Source: Sulfolobus acidocaldarius DSM 639 (GTDB lineage: Archaea > Thermoproteota > Thermoprotei_A > Sulfolobales > Sulfolobaceae). From it: a DNA stretch of 32,000 nucleotides. Position numbers and translations under genes: made by a program. This document shows, one piece after another, positions 18,688 through 28,471 of this stretch. How positions within the stretch are numbered: position 1 is the stretch's first letter; every line of letters starts with the position of its first letter. The notes under the pieces are model-generated. The model saw nothing but the letters and a program-made list of their open reading frames with translations, did no database searches and was not told the origin of the DNA. The stretch spans positions 1,980,001-2,012,000 of the forward strand of contig NC_007181.1 in NCBI RefSeq assembly GCF_000012285.1, in the 5' to 3' direction.

Positions 18688-19332
18688 CTACATTAGTCCT
18701 TTAATATAAACTAAATGTATTTCGTTTCCGCACTGACATATCTTAGCATCTACTAATCTTAACCTAGGTGACTCATCTCCCTGAAAACCTTCTCCCTGAG
18801 CTAAACTTACTCCATTACCAAATATCCTGGGTGAGACTGTGACCCTAATTTCGTCATACAGTTTCTCGTGAATCACACTCCAAATTAAATTTCCTCCCCC
18901 TTCAATCATTAATCTCCTGACGTTAAAGCTTTCATAGAGGTCAGAGAATACATCACTTAACTCATTGAATCTCCTTACTACTACACCCCTTTTTTCAAGC
19001 TCATATTGCTTACTCCTATTCTCGCTTTTAGTATAAACCACTGTCAAAGGTGGAATTGAAAATATCTTGGACGATACGTCTAAATTTAAACTTTTACTTA
19101 CTATGACCCTTATAGGATCCTTGTCTTTTTTCTTGGCGTATTTCACTGTCAAAGAAGGGTTATCTATCCTAACTGTATTTCCACCTACCATAATTGCATC
19201 AACCTCGGCTCTGAGCTGGTGCTGTCTTTGTTTATCTATAGGACAGCTTAGCTCACTATAACCTGTCTTAGTCGCAAGTCTTCCATCGATGCTTATTGTG
19301 GAAAAGATAATAGTGTAGGGTCTACTTTTCAT
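18688..19332 (-). CDS. 2,5-diamino-6-(ribosylamino)-4(3H)-pyrimidinone 5'-phosphate reductase (RibD C-terminal domain type, riboflavin pathway)
   Basis: 214 aa. [45 protein letters not shown] and [12 protein letters not shown] match the archaeal pyrimidine reductase pattern. Confidence 0.85.
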   Translation of the reverse strand: MKSRPYTIIFSTISIDGRLATKTGYSELSCPIDKQRQHQLRAEVDAIMVGGNTVRIDNPSLTVKYAKKKDKDPIRVIVSKSLNLDVSSKIFSIPPLTVVYTKSENRSKQYELEKRGVVVRRFNELSDVFSDLYESFNVRRLMIEGGGNLIWSVIHEKLYDEIRVTVSPRIFGNGVSLAQGEGFQGDESPRLRLVDAKICQCGNEIHLVYIKGLM

Positions 19333-19378
19333 TTTGTATTCACTTAGGTGATTTGATTACAGGTAAAACGAATCATTA

Positions 19379-20074
19379 CTATATGCTCTTCTTTCTTCGT
19401 TTAAAAACTTCTATCATCTTCCTTGGGTTGTCCGTAGTTAGAGCGTCAATTCCAGATCTTTCTAGCTGTTCAGCCTGATCTAAATCATTAACTGTCCATG
19501 CGTCCAGTTTTAAACCACTCTGATGAGCAATTTTTACGTCCTCTTCAGTTGCAAGTTCATGATAAAATGCTAACCAGTCAGCCTTAACTTTCTTAGCAAT
19601 TTCCAAAAACCAATTTATTCTACCCACAAAGATTATCCCTGTCGAGATTTTTTCCTCTATTTCCTTTATTCTCTTTATAGAGTCAAAATCAAATGATATT
19701 ACGTTTACATTATCGACTAGTTCTCTCTCCTTTATTGCCTTTGCAACTCTTTCTTCAATTGATGGGTAAAAGGCACTTGACTTTTTGATTTCCACAACGT
19801 AATTAAAATTACCTACTGTTTCTAATACCTCTTCAAGGGTGGGGACCTCAATCCCCGTAACTTTTCTCAATCTGTCCAATGTTAACTCACTAACTTTAAC
19901 CATCTTACTGTTTATTAGAACGGAATCGTCATGGAAAACAATCACTTTCTTATCACTGGATAAATGAACGTCCAGCTCTACTGCATCTACACCTAGATTT
20001 TTAGCTGTTAAAAAAGACTGTATAGTGTTCTCCTTTGCCTCTAATGGGGCACCCCTATGACCTATTATGAGCAT
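19379..20074 (-). CDS. Glycerophosphodiester phosphodiesterase (GDPD family)
   Basis: 231 aa. It has IIGHRGAP..ENT..SF and GVDAVELDVHLSSDKKVIVFHD. It lies 46 nt upstream of the reductase gene on the same strand. Confidence 0.9.
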   Translation of the reverse strand: MLIIGHRGAPLEAKENTIQSFLTAKNLGVDAVELDVHLSSDKKVIVFHDDSVLINSKMVKVSELTLDRLRKVTGIEVPTLEEVLETVGNFNYVVEIKKSSAFYPSIEERVAKAIKERELVDNVNVISFDFDSIKRIKEIEEKISTGIIFVGRINWFLEIAKKVKADWLAFYHELATEEDVKIAHQSGLKLDAWTVNDLDQAEQLERSGIDALTTDNPRKMIEVFKRRKKSI

Positions 20075-20352
20075 AAAAATTATTGGTAAATGACATAAAA
20101 AAGTGTTTAGAATATACTAAGTGTTAACTTAGCTAGTCTTGAGTGACGTTAAATGCAATAAAGTTCAGAGTTGATTTGGTTGTAGAACAATATCTTTAAT
20201 AAGGCACATACGCAAATTATTTAATCTTTCCTATTTATGTACGCTTTTTAATTTTGGAAGATTTTTAAATTTATATTTAAACTTCTTTATCTATTTTCCA
20301 ACCCTAACTGTTAAGGTGCTGAACTTATTTCCAGTGACGTTCCCCCTGCATT

Positions 20353-20703
20353 ATGATAAAAATAAAAAACGTTTATGACAAACCAGAGATTAACGACGGG
20401 ATTAGAATATTGGTCGAGAGGACATGGCCAGCCTCTGTAACTAGAGGCTCTATCGATATGTGGCTTAGGGATCTTGCCCCTTCTGAAGAATTAATAACAT
20501 GGTATAATTATGAACCGCAAAAATGGGAGGAATTTAAGAGAAGATATCTAGAAGAGTTGAGGTACAATCCAAAAGTTAAACCTTTATTGATGATAGTTAA
20601 GATGACTAAGATCGTAACATTTCTATACTCAGGAGACCCCACATACAATAACGCAGTTGTGCTCAAAGAATACATAGAAAGTTTAATAAATAAGGAAAGT
20701 TAA
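20353..20703 (+). CDS. DUF488 family protein
   Basis: 116 aa. The DUF488 pattern is present: IKNVYD..DGIRILVERTWP...WLRDLAPSEELITWYNYEPQKWEEFKRRYLEEL...VTFLYSG. Confidence 0.8.
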   Translation: MIKIKNVYDKPEINDGIRILVERTWPASVTRGSIDMWLRDLAPSEELITWYNYEPQKWEEFKRRYLEELRYNPKVKPLLMIVKMTKIVTFLYSGDPTYNNAVVLKEYIESLINKES

Positions 20704-20714
20704 TATTAGAAGAT

Positions 20715-21335
20715 ATGGGTGCTGGTGATGTAAAGAAACCTATAAATGTTACACTTATTCTACAGAATCACCCCTGCTTAGTTATGAAATTATTTGAAGA
20801 GATGAATGTAAAGGCGGAAATTAACAATGTGAAGATGAGGGAAAGTGTTACTGACCACATTGCAACCTTAAAGTTAACTGAAAAGTTGCTTAAGGAGTTG
20901 AAAGAAAGAAGGTCAAAAACCTTGAGGATAAGTGAAAATAGCGTCTGGATCAGGACTGAAGGTTGCCAGGTATGTAAAATCCTTTATGTAAGTGACGCTG
21001 TAGTTGAGAAAGTGAAAGTTGTAGGAAGTGATGCAGTTATGTATAAACTAATTGTTCCAAATCTACTCTCTCTGAAGAGTCTTATAGATGAGCTCAACAA
21101 GATAGGTGTAAAGGCTATGGTAGGTAGCATATCTGAGCTAGATGAAGAGCAACTGACAGAAAGGCAATTGGAGATATTGAAATTATCATATAAGATGGGT
21201 TTCTTTGATGTAGACAGAAGAATAACCATGACGGAATTAGCTGAAAAACTTGGGATCAAGGCTCCTACTTTGGAAGAGATACTGAGAAGGGCTCTACGAA
21301 AGGCAGTTAAGTATTATCTAGATAAAAAAGGATAA
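20715..21335 (+). CDS. HTH_10 (Bat-type) helix-turn-helix transcriptional regulator
   Basis: 206 aa. The C-terminal LTERQLEILKLSYKMGFFDVDRRITMTELAEKLGIKAPTLEEILRRALRKAV is the bacterio-opsin-activator-type HTH. The start is 11 nt after the DUF488 stop. Confidence 0.8.
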   Translation: MGAGDVKKPINVTLILQNHPCLVMKLFEEMNVKAEINNVKMRESVTDHIATLKLTEKLLKELKERRSKTLRISENSVWIRTEGCQVCKILYVSDAVVEKVKVVGSDAVMYKLIVPNLLSLKSLIDELNKIGVKAMVGSISELDEEQLTERQLEILKLSYKMGFFDVDRRITMTELAEKLGIKAPTLEEILRRALRKAVKYYLDKKG

Positions 21336-21439
21336 AATTGTTAAAAGTCTTACTTCTCTGATTTGTATACTAATAGTATAATAGCAGGAAACAAGTTACT
21401 GTTACTTCACCTTCTTCCCTTGCATACCACAGGGTAATT

Positions 21440-22825
21440 TTAAACCTGTGGTCTCATCTTATGCCAAGAGAAGTTCCTCTCGTAATATAAAGATAGTTTT
21501 AATACACCGAAGTCATCATATGGCTTTCCAATTATCTGCATACCAACTGGTAAATTGTTCACAAGACCAACTGGAATACTTGAGGCTGGTTGACCAGTAA
21601 GGTTAAATGGAAATGAAAAAGGTGACCATTCTCCAAAGCCAACCTTCTGTCCATTGATCTCGCTAGGACCAATACCTTCTTCAATTTTGAATGCGACAAC
21701 AGATACAGTTGGAGTAATTAGATAATCGTATTTTTGGAATACATTGGACAACTTAGACCATAGCTTATCTACCTCATTATCAACTTTTACGTAATCATGA
21801 TAGGTGAGCTTTTCAAAGTAAGGTAATAGGAAATTGAGATAAGGCTTATACGTAACTTTCTTCCACTCCTCTAACTTATCATATATGAAGGTCGCAAATT
21901 CCACCGTAATTTTAGTCATTAAAGCTTTGTATAAGTTGGGAAGTTCAGGGTTAATCTCGTCTATCGTTTCCACCCCTAATTCTCTAAATCTATAAACTGC
22001 ATCCTCCACTGTCTTTTCCACTTTGCTGTCTACTACTCCATACCCCAAGTTCCTTGAATACGCAATCCTAATTCTCTTCACCTCATTTTTATCTAGCTCT
22101 TCACTAAAGTTTATTTTAGGCACAGTTAGCGACCTCCTATCCCTTAGGTCAGGTCCAGATAGTATTCTCATGGTAAGTATAGCATCACTCACATATCTCG
22201 TAATTGGTCCATCCACACTTATACCTCGGAATGTATTTGGTGGTGGATACTTAGGAATTACGTGTGGTGAAGGTTTAAAACCAAATACTCCACAGAAGCT
22301 TGAGGGTATTCTTATTGATCCTCCTCCGTCATTGCCTATAGAGATTGGAGAGAAACCCAAGGCTATTGATACTGCAGAACCTCCACTTGATCCTCCAGGA
22401 GTTCTTGTTAAATCCCATGGATTTTTAGTTACTCCAAAGAGTGGGTTATCTGTTATTCCCACAAGACCAAACTCAGGCATATTTGTTTTTCCCAAAATTA
22501 AAGCTCCAGCCTCTTTTAATCTCTCGGATATGATGGAATCCTCATCTGGTACGAAGTCCTTGAACAGTACACTTCCAAATGTAGTCCTGATCCCCTTAGT
22601 CAAGATATTGTCCTTGATCGTGACAGGAATACCGTGGAGAGGTTTACATATCCCTTTTTTGGCTAAGGAGTCCATTTCTTTAGCTTCTGCCATTACCTTA
22701 TCGTTGAGGGTAACTATTGCATTCACTTTTGGGTTTAGTTCATTTACTCTTTCTAAAAATCTAGTGACTAATTCCTCAGAAGAAATTTCACCATTGCAGA
22801 CCTTTTCCCTCAAGGCAATTTGCAC
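21440..22825 (-). CDS. Amidase (amidase-signature family, GatA-like)
   Basis: 461 aa with a GTG start. The AS signature GGSSGGSAVSIALGF is present, with a Ser-cisSer-Lys context (KDN..., GNDGGGSIRIPSSFCG). Confidence 0.95.
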   Translation of the reverse strand: MQIALREKVCNGEISSEELVTRFLERVNELNPKVNAIVTLNDKVMAEAKEMDSLAKKGICKPLHGIPVTIKDNILTKGIRTTFGSVLFKDFVPDEDSIISERLKEAGALILGKTNMPEFGLVGITDNPLFGVTKNPWDLTRTPGGSSGGSAVSIALGFSPISIGNDGGGSIRIPSSFCGVFGFKPSPHVIPKYPPPNTFRGISVDGPITRYVSDAILTMRILSGPDLRDRRSLTVPKINFSEELDKNEVKRIRIAYSRNLGYGVVDSKVEKTVEDAVYRFRELGVETIDEINPELPNLYKALMTKITVEFATFIYDKLEEWKKVTYKPYLNFLLPYFEKLTYHDYVKVDNEVDKLWSKLSNVFQKYDYLITPTVSVVAFKIEEGIGPSEINGQKVGFGEWSPFSFPFNLTGQPASSIPVGLVNNLPVGMQIIGKPYDDFGVLKLSLYYERNFSWHKMRPQV

Positions 22826-23050
22826 TTTCCCAAAAAAGATCTTGCATAATTTCTAAAAGTTACTAAAATAAATAAACCTTATTTAGTATAATGGGTTAGG
22901 TTGTACTCAAAACCCTATAATTGTATTACATGTTTTAAAGGCTGTAAAATCTCACTTGATACAATCTCGGTATTCTTCTTTCACAAAAGTGAGTGTTACT
23001 TATCAAAATTGAAAGAAAAAATTTAATATCAATCCTTTACCTCATTTATA

Positions 23051-23500
23051 ATGGATATGAAAATAGACGAGATAAAATTAAAGACTAAAAGAGGTATGTC
23101 AGACTCTATTATAGCCCTAATATTGACAATAATAGGTCTTATAGCAGTTATAGCTGTAGTACTGTTCACTTATGGTCTAGCTGGTACGATTCCCAGACAA
23201 GAACCTGTGGAAGTTATAGGTGGTGGGACACTGACAGGCAGTGGTAGTGTTTATAATTTGACAGTCACATTAAGGAATTCAGGGACTAGCGACGTAAATA
23301 TTACCAGTGTCTGGATAGCAAACATGAAGTTTGTACCCGTTAATCCACAAAGTTCAGTTTTGAAAGCAGGACAAACGCAAACCATGACATTCGAAATAAA
23401 GGCTAATTCAAATATAACATTTACTAAACAGTCTGAGTACAGTGCAACTATATACTTCAACACCGGTTTAGGGGTGCCTGTAGTAGTTACCTATAACTGA
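23051..23500 (+). CDS. Archaeal type IV pilin-like protein (class III signal peptide)
   Basis: 149 aa. KRG/MSDSIIALILTIIGLIAVIAVVLF is a PibD-type cleavage motif plus hydrophobic stretch. It is followed by a beta-rich domain with NxS/T sequons. Confidence 0.65.
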   Translation: MDMKIDEIKLKTKRGMSDSIIALILTIIGLIAVIAVVLFTYGLAGTIPRQEPVEVIGGGTLTGSGSVYNLTVTLRNSGTSDVNITSVWIANMKFVPVNPQSSVLKAGQTQTMTFEIKANSNITFTKQSEYSATIYFNTGLGVPVVVTYN

Positions 23501-23589
23501 TGGACTTTCGAGTTTTAAGTAAGAATGGAAAATTGTGTAAAGATTATTGAAAGGTAATCTTGACTTTCCGTCCTATAATAGTACACCTT

Positions 23590-25236
23590 TTAATTAGATG
23601 GTTTTCTGATTACCAAATATATTGTTAGGAGGGTTATAATCCCTATAGACACAATTAATATATTTACGTAGTTGAGGCGAATAATCAACCTTTCGCTTAT
23701 GGGTTGGGTTACTGTGATCGTATCGCCAGGTAGTAGGTTATATGTCCCTTCATATACCATGGTGTATAGTAGTGGTTTGTAATTAGGTATAGTTATTTCT
23801 GATCCATTGTTCTCCCACGTCAATATTCCACTAATATTGACTAAATACTGCAGTTGAGCCTTCACAGTTAAGTTCAAAGGTCTATTAACAACAATACTAG
23901 TTGAGGGTTCTACCCTAGTAATCACATACCTAGTGTTATTTGATAAGTAGTAATTTGTGGTTAGCACTATGATCCTGGTATTACCCGCATACCAGCCGGA
24001 TTTAAGGGTTGTATTAACTCCGTTAATGAGTGCCCTGGCTGGGATTGAAGAAATTACGTTCAATCTATAGTAAAATGTATAGTTAGGAGTGAATTGTAAG
24101 GAATCAAACCATGTTGATGAATTTATTACCAATCTTACAGTTTTCTGATTTGAACTGTAATTAAGTAATGCAAAAGAATTATTACTTAAGGAGTAATTTG
24201 AGTAAAAGTAAACCGATATGGGAGAGTTTATATATCCTGTGAAATTATATAACTGATTTCCATTAATAATAAATGGTACTTTACTAGAGATGTTAATGAA
24301 TGTAAAATAGGGTTTTGGCGGGTTAAAGTCACTCGTTAATTCTCCCTTGTATAGATTACCTGTTATAACATGAGCAAAACCCTGTTTATCCACATATACA
24401 GTTAGGTTATTTGCAGACTCAGCAGTATCAAAACCATAGTTATAGATCTCGTTAAATGATAACCATTGCCCATTTCGTAAATAGTATATAGCTAGAAGGC
24501 TCGACATCTCTTTAAATGTAGTATGTTCTCCATTACTAAGTCCTCCCCAAACCAATTCTACGTCCTTCTTTAGACCATAATATGAATACAAACCCTGGTT
24601 GTATACGTACGTGTAGGAATTTTGCACTACAATTTGAGCAGAGATGGCTCCCTGAACTGGAATTATTGCATTATCATAAACCTGGACCTTAGGCGATGTT
24701 ATTTTTCCGTTCTGGAGTATAACATATCCAAATGTAACTAGGGGTCCTCTTACAGTGGGGGTTACGTTTATGAACATATAAAAAGACAGCGGAAAGTGAT
24801 AGTATATAGTCTGCTGGGAGGAGGCACCGTAAAACGTCTGAGGAGCCTGGCATGAGTCGCACGTTGAAATATTTCCATCGCCTATGACCTCTGTTATGTT
24901 TGAGTCCATTCCAGTTGCGTTCCATATGTTGTCATTGAAGAATAGTGTATTATTACTTGTTATAAACCCTGCCACGTTTTGAACCCAGAAGTAATATGTA
25001 TTACTGGGAGTGTCGACCTCAAGTATTGCATTTAGTTGAAGAGATGCACCATATGGCTGAAAGAAAGTTGAATTATAGGCTAATAATGATGAGATGTTAG
25101 CATATCCTAATATCGATGTAGTCGTGACAGTAGGACTATAACTTGATATACCCACAGGAGCTGTTACCGCAAAACCTATCACTGGTAATAATGTTAACAG
25201 AAGGAATGATAGGACTGCAATTCTAACTTTTAGCAT
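23590..25236 (-). CDS. Thermopsin-family (peptidase A5) acid protease with C-terminal extension and TM anchor
   Basis: It closely matches my recollection of S. acidocaldarius thermopsin: LGYANISSLLAYN, ASLQLNAILEV, YYFWVQNVAGF..NTLFFNDNIWNATG, DVELVWGG.SNG and YNYGFDTAESANN. It has a signal peptide, about 19 NxS/T sequons and the C-terminal TM helix ILIVSIGIITLLTIYLVI. TTG 25239 is an alternative start. Confidence 0.9.
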   Translation of the reverse strand: MLKVRIAVLSFLLLTLLPVIGFAVTAPVGISSYSPTVTTTSILGYANISSLLAYNSTFFQPYGASLQLNAILEVDTPSNTYYFWVQNVAGFITSNNTLFFNDNIWNATGMDSNITEVIGDGNISTCDSCQAPQTFYGASSQQTIYYHFPLSFYMFINVTPTVRGPLVTFGYVILQNGKITSPKVQVYDNAIIPVQGAISAQIVVQNSYTYVYNQGLYSYYGLKKDVELVWGGLSNGEHTTFKEMSSLLAIYYLRNGQWLSFNEIYNYGFDTAESANNLTVYVDKQGFAHVITGNLYKGELTSDFNPPKPYFTFINISSKVPFIINGNQLYNFTGYINSPISVYFYSNYSLSNNSFALLNYSSNQKTVRLVINSSTWFDSLQFTPNYTFYYRLNVISSIPARALINGVNTTLKSGWYAGNTRIIVLTTNYYLSNNTRYVITRVEPSTSIVVNRPLNLTVKAQLQYLVNISGILTWENNGSEITIPNYKPLLYTMVYEGTYNLLPGDTITVTQPISERLIIRLNYVNILIVSIGIITLLTIYLVIRKPSN

Positions 25237-25323
25237 CAACTGTATGCATACATATACTACATTTTAAAGGATTCTCCGTAGAAGTTTTGACATAATTATT
25301 ATAGTGAAATCAAAACTAACTAA

Positions 25324-25367
25324 TTAAATCTGACATCCTCCCGGCCATAAATGGCGAGGCTTTCCTC
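25324..25367 (-). repeat. Dispersed ~42-bp hairpin repeat, copy 3
   Basis: The minus strand reads GAGGAAAGCCTCGCCATTTATGGCCGGGAGGATGTCAGATTTAA, with the hairpin GCCA-ttta-TGGC flanked by CCTC/GAGG. Confidence 0.6.
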
Positions 25368-25619
25368 GTATCATAAATTTACGTATGATTAACGTTATTT
25401 GGGAGAAGTTTAAGTTAATTTTTCACTTATTCTTCTACATAAATTATTCAGATAAGACTCTCCTGATTATTTGACGAATATTTAGATATAAAATACTTGA
25501 TGATAAACTTGAAATCAATTTATTTTATGTATCAGTAAAACTAAATTTTATTCAACATAAGCTATAACTCGCTATTTCAATAATAAACTTTTTATTAGTT
25601 TTTGGTGTTAAGAAGAATT

Positions 25620-26402
25620 ATGGCATCAGAGTCAATTACTATTGCAGTTAAGAACAATTATGCCGTGATACAATGGGTTAAAAATTTGGATAATGTCCTT
25701 CCCCTTATACCTAATATCGTTGAGTCAAATGGTACTACAGTGAAAATGAAATTCTCACGGCTTATGCTTAACTTTGAGTCTGAATTTCTCATCGAACCAT
25801 CTTTGATCTCAGATGATGTTGTAGAGTATAATTTCAGAGATAATAAAGGAAATAACTTTAGAGTTACTTTTGTAGCTGAGGGGAAGAGCACAATAAGAGT
25901 AGTTATAACCTACTTTGGGGAAAGAGAATGGGTAGTGGAAGGAGAATTTGACAGTATTTTAGAGGAAATAAGAGCAGGGATATTGAGAGATGTACCAGAT
26001 ATACCTGAAATACGTCCCCAATTAGGAAATAATAATGAAACTTCTACTATTCCAAATGACTATTCTAAAAACCTTTCAAGACTGTCGTATCTTTCAAAGC
26101 TCACAGTGAAGAGTAAGTTCACTAAGACTCAGACTGTTGCAATCAATGTAGGAGGATTGGTAGACTATTTACAAGACATAGTAAAACAATACTCAGAGTA
26201 CCCTGTTATATATATATCTGGAAGCGGGGGAGCCGCGTTCAGGATTTTATTTATAGATAATGAGGTTAAGGGTATTTATGTCCTAAAGGAAGGAAAAGAG
26301 TACTTTGGTAATGAAGATATTTTAAACACCTTATCTGGAGCTTTTAAGGTTCAGATTTACGCTATACCCTCGCCAAAAATATTAGAGGAAATTAAAGAAT
26401 AA
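25620..26402 (+). CDS. Two-domain hypothetical protein (N-terminal CoxG/SRPBCC-like, C-terminal DUF4388-like); paralogue of 31469->32000
   Basis: ATG 25620 gives MASESITIAV, aligning with the MRSESVVIGV start of the paralogue. A TATA-like CTTTTTATTAG lies about 28 nt upstream. Shared blocks are (E/K)EW(V/I)V, DYS(K/Q)NLS(R/K)LSYLSKL and VA(I/L)NVGG. Domain labels rest on pattern resemblance only. Confidence 0.7.
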   Translation: MASESITIAVKNNYAVIQWVKNLDNVLPLIPNIVESNGTTVKMKFSRLMLNFESEFLIEPSLISDDVVEYNFRDNKGNNFRVTFVAEGKSTIRVVITYFGEREWVVEGEFDSILEEIRAGILRDVPDIPEIRPQLGNNNETSTIPNDYSKNLSRLSYLSKLTVKSKFTKTQTVAINVGGLVDYLQDIVKQYSEYPVIYISGSGGAAFRILFIDNEVKGIYVLKEGKEYFGNEDILNTLSGAFKVQIYAIPSPKILEEIKE

Positions 26403-26598
26403 GTAGTTGCCTTGAAGAAGAATGAACTTCCTTCGAGAGAGAATGATCTCTGGGTATTGAGGATAAACTTTATCCATATATAACCCAAGAGCAGGAAAGA
26501 TCACACAGTAATGAATACCCAATTTAGCCTGTTGAGCTCAATATACCAAAAATTTTCAGGTATAAAATAACGGATATCTTGCTCTTTCTCTCTACCGC

Positions 26599-27372
26599 TT
26601 ATTTCAATAAAAGTAAATTACGTTTATGGAAAAATCTCTTTCGACGTCCTCCGTAACGAGTCGTGTCCTTATCTCTATAACCTGTTACTTCTTCCATTCC
26701 AAGTCTCGATAAAATGTATCCTATAAAAGGAATAAAGTGCGTAACAGGCATAGCTATAAGGGCTCCCCCTACCTTTAATAAACCGCTTCTGTAGAGTCTC
26801 CCTAGTCTATAGATGCCTATGCCAAGAAGCAATTGACCTATCGTGTAAAGTAAGGTAATTAATAAAAATGAGTATGCAAAGAGGGAAAAGTCGACTGGGG
26901 GAACAATGTAATTCAGGGAGAGTACTAGATATCCAAAGGATATCATATAGAGGAGAATACAAACCAATATTAAGCTTGCACCGAGTCTCCCAATTCTGAC
27001 TTCTTTAGGATAGTTACTGAATCCTCTCCTAATTTTAACAATTCCGGGTACTACGTAAAACGCTAACACTAGATAGGTTATAAGAACTATGCTACTAAAG
27101 TAGAGCCCATATGGGTTTCCGTTTTTATCTGGTATGGTTGCAACAAAGAGCAATGATGTTTCCATACCTATTATTCCACCTGTCTCAAAGCATACCAGAA
27201 TCGTGACTGATAGGGGGTTTGACAGGGAACTTAATAATATGTACTGATATCCGCCCTGAACTATTAAATAAGTATAATAAATCGAAAATATTATGAAGAA
27301 AACATAAAAGAGTCCTACTCTAAATAACCCTGTTTGTATTTCCTTAGGTCCATAAAATCTTCCTCTAGGCAT
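26599..27372 (-). CDS. Polytopic membrane protein, unknown function
   Basis: 257 aa with about 7 hydrophobic helices and a basic C-terminal tail (GGRRKRFFHKR). Confidence 0.6.
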   Translation of the reverse strand: MPRGRFYGPKEIQTGLFRVGLFYVFFIIFSIYYTYLIVQGGYQYILLSSLSNPLSVTILVCFETGGIIGMETSLLFVATIPDKNGNPYGLYFSSIVLITYLVLAFYVVPGIVKIRRGFSNYPKEVRIGRLGASLILVCILLYMISFGYLVLSLNYIVPPVDFSLFAYSFLLITLLYTIGQLLLGIGIYRLGRLYRSGLLKVGGALIAMPVTHFIPFIGYILSRLGMEEVTGYRDKDTTRYGGRRKRFFHKRNLLLLK

Positions 27373-27740
27373 TATTTAAAATAATTAGTACCCAGAATAA
27401 AAGAATTTTGATCCATACTCCTAAACATATGGAATAAACATAATTGATTTATAAATTGAAAGAACATTTCTTGATCATAATAAGTAAAAACTTTTATGTA
27501 CTCCATAAGAAGTGTATAGAGGACTCACCATAATGTATAGGTCCTCGATCATTAATCCCTTAGCAAGGTATTCACATTATTACATAAGCTAATACTTCAC
27601 TTCGGATAGAATAAAATACGTAGAACTTTAAGTCTATCTCTTAGATGTAGCTATATCTACGACTACATCCTCCTTGATTCTATGTTTTGTAAAATCTTAG
27701 TATCCTTCGAGTTTTTATTATATACTTAAAGAATTCACTT

Positions 27741-28457
27741 ATGGACGAGTATGAATATCTAGAGGACTTGAGTGATGAACGGAGTAAAAAGTTCATCGAC
27801 GAGATGAACTCATTAACAAGGGAGAAACTGGAAAGGAAAGCTAAAGAATTATATCCAATTATTTTACAAAAACTAAAAGAACCTCAGATTGTAGGTCTTG
27901 TTGCATATGATACAACAAATCCTACTATTCTAACCTTAGATGGACAGAGCAAGGTAAGGATAGGTGATAAGACTGTTTTTGTCGCACCCCAAGGGTATGT
28001 AATATACCAGATGTGGAAAATTTACAATTCAGAGGAACAAATTGGAATTAGTATGGGAAGGAAGGGAAGCGATAAGACCACGACCTTGATTATTTCACAA
28101 GGGGAAGCTAAGAAAATTGGAGAGAACATTCAAAACCCATTCTATTACTTAGGTCAACTATGTTACGTTAAGGTCTATAGGGATTCTGCTCCTCCTGATG
28201 GTGGTGATTACCCAACTCAAAGAGTTATCTGCAACGACACTATGGTTTGGGGGAAAGACCTTAAACCAGGTGAATTCATTCAGGTCAATGTGTTTGAAGA
28301 CCTGTTAGCAATTGTTAAACACAGAGGCTGGAGTTATGGAGAACTGTTTATAGGGGAGTCCTTTGAAGGCTTAAGAAAAATAGATGAAGGTGAGGTTATT
28401 GATGTCTTGGGAGTAGTTAAAGGTGAGTTGGTATACCAAAAAAAAATGAAACTATAA
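27741..28457 (+). CDS. Prolyl oligopeptidase (S9A), N-terminal part (frame interrupted at the A9 run)
   Basis: MDEYEYLEDLSDERSKKFIDEMNSLTREKL matches the POP N-terminus (compare Pyrococcus POP MEDPYIWMENLEDERV..). Propeller-like repeats follow. Confidence 0.85.
   Translation: MDEYEYLEDLSDERSKKFIDEMNSLTREKLERKAKELYPIILQKLKEPQIVGLVAYDTTNPTILTLDGQSKVRIGDKTVFVAPQGYVIYQMWKIYNSEEQIGISMGRKGSDKTTTLIISQGEAKKIGENIQNPFYYLGQLCYVKVYRDSAPPDGGDYPTQRVICNDTMVWGKDLKPGEFIQVNVFEDLLAIVKHRGWSYGELFIGESFEGLRKIDEGEVIDVLGVVKGELVYQKKMKL
28438..28446 (+). other. A9 homopolymer / A-AAA-AAA slippery heptamer at the junction of the two POP reading frames
   Basis: The zero frame reads TAC CAA AAA AAA ATG AAA CTA TAA. The -1 frame is open from 28427 and continues into ORF 28472-29515. 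Confidence 0.8.
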
Positions 28458-28471
28458 TATTACCAGATAGT

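Noticed and set aside
22023-22856. 277-aa ORF on the plus strand
   Set aside because: It lies entirely antisense to the strongly supported amidase gene (GGSSGGS signature on the minus strand). The product is Ser/Leu/Pro-rich with no recognisable motif. This is a typical shadow ORF.
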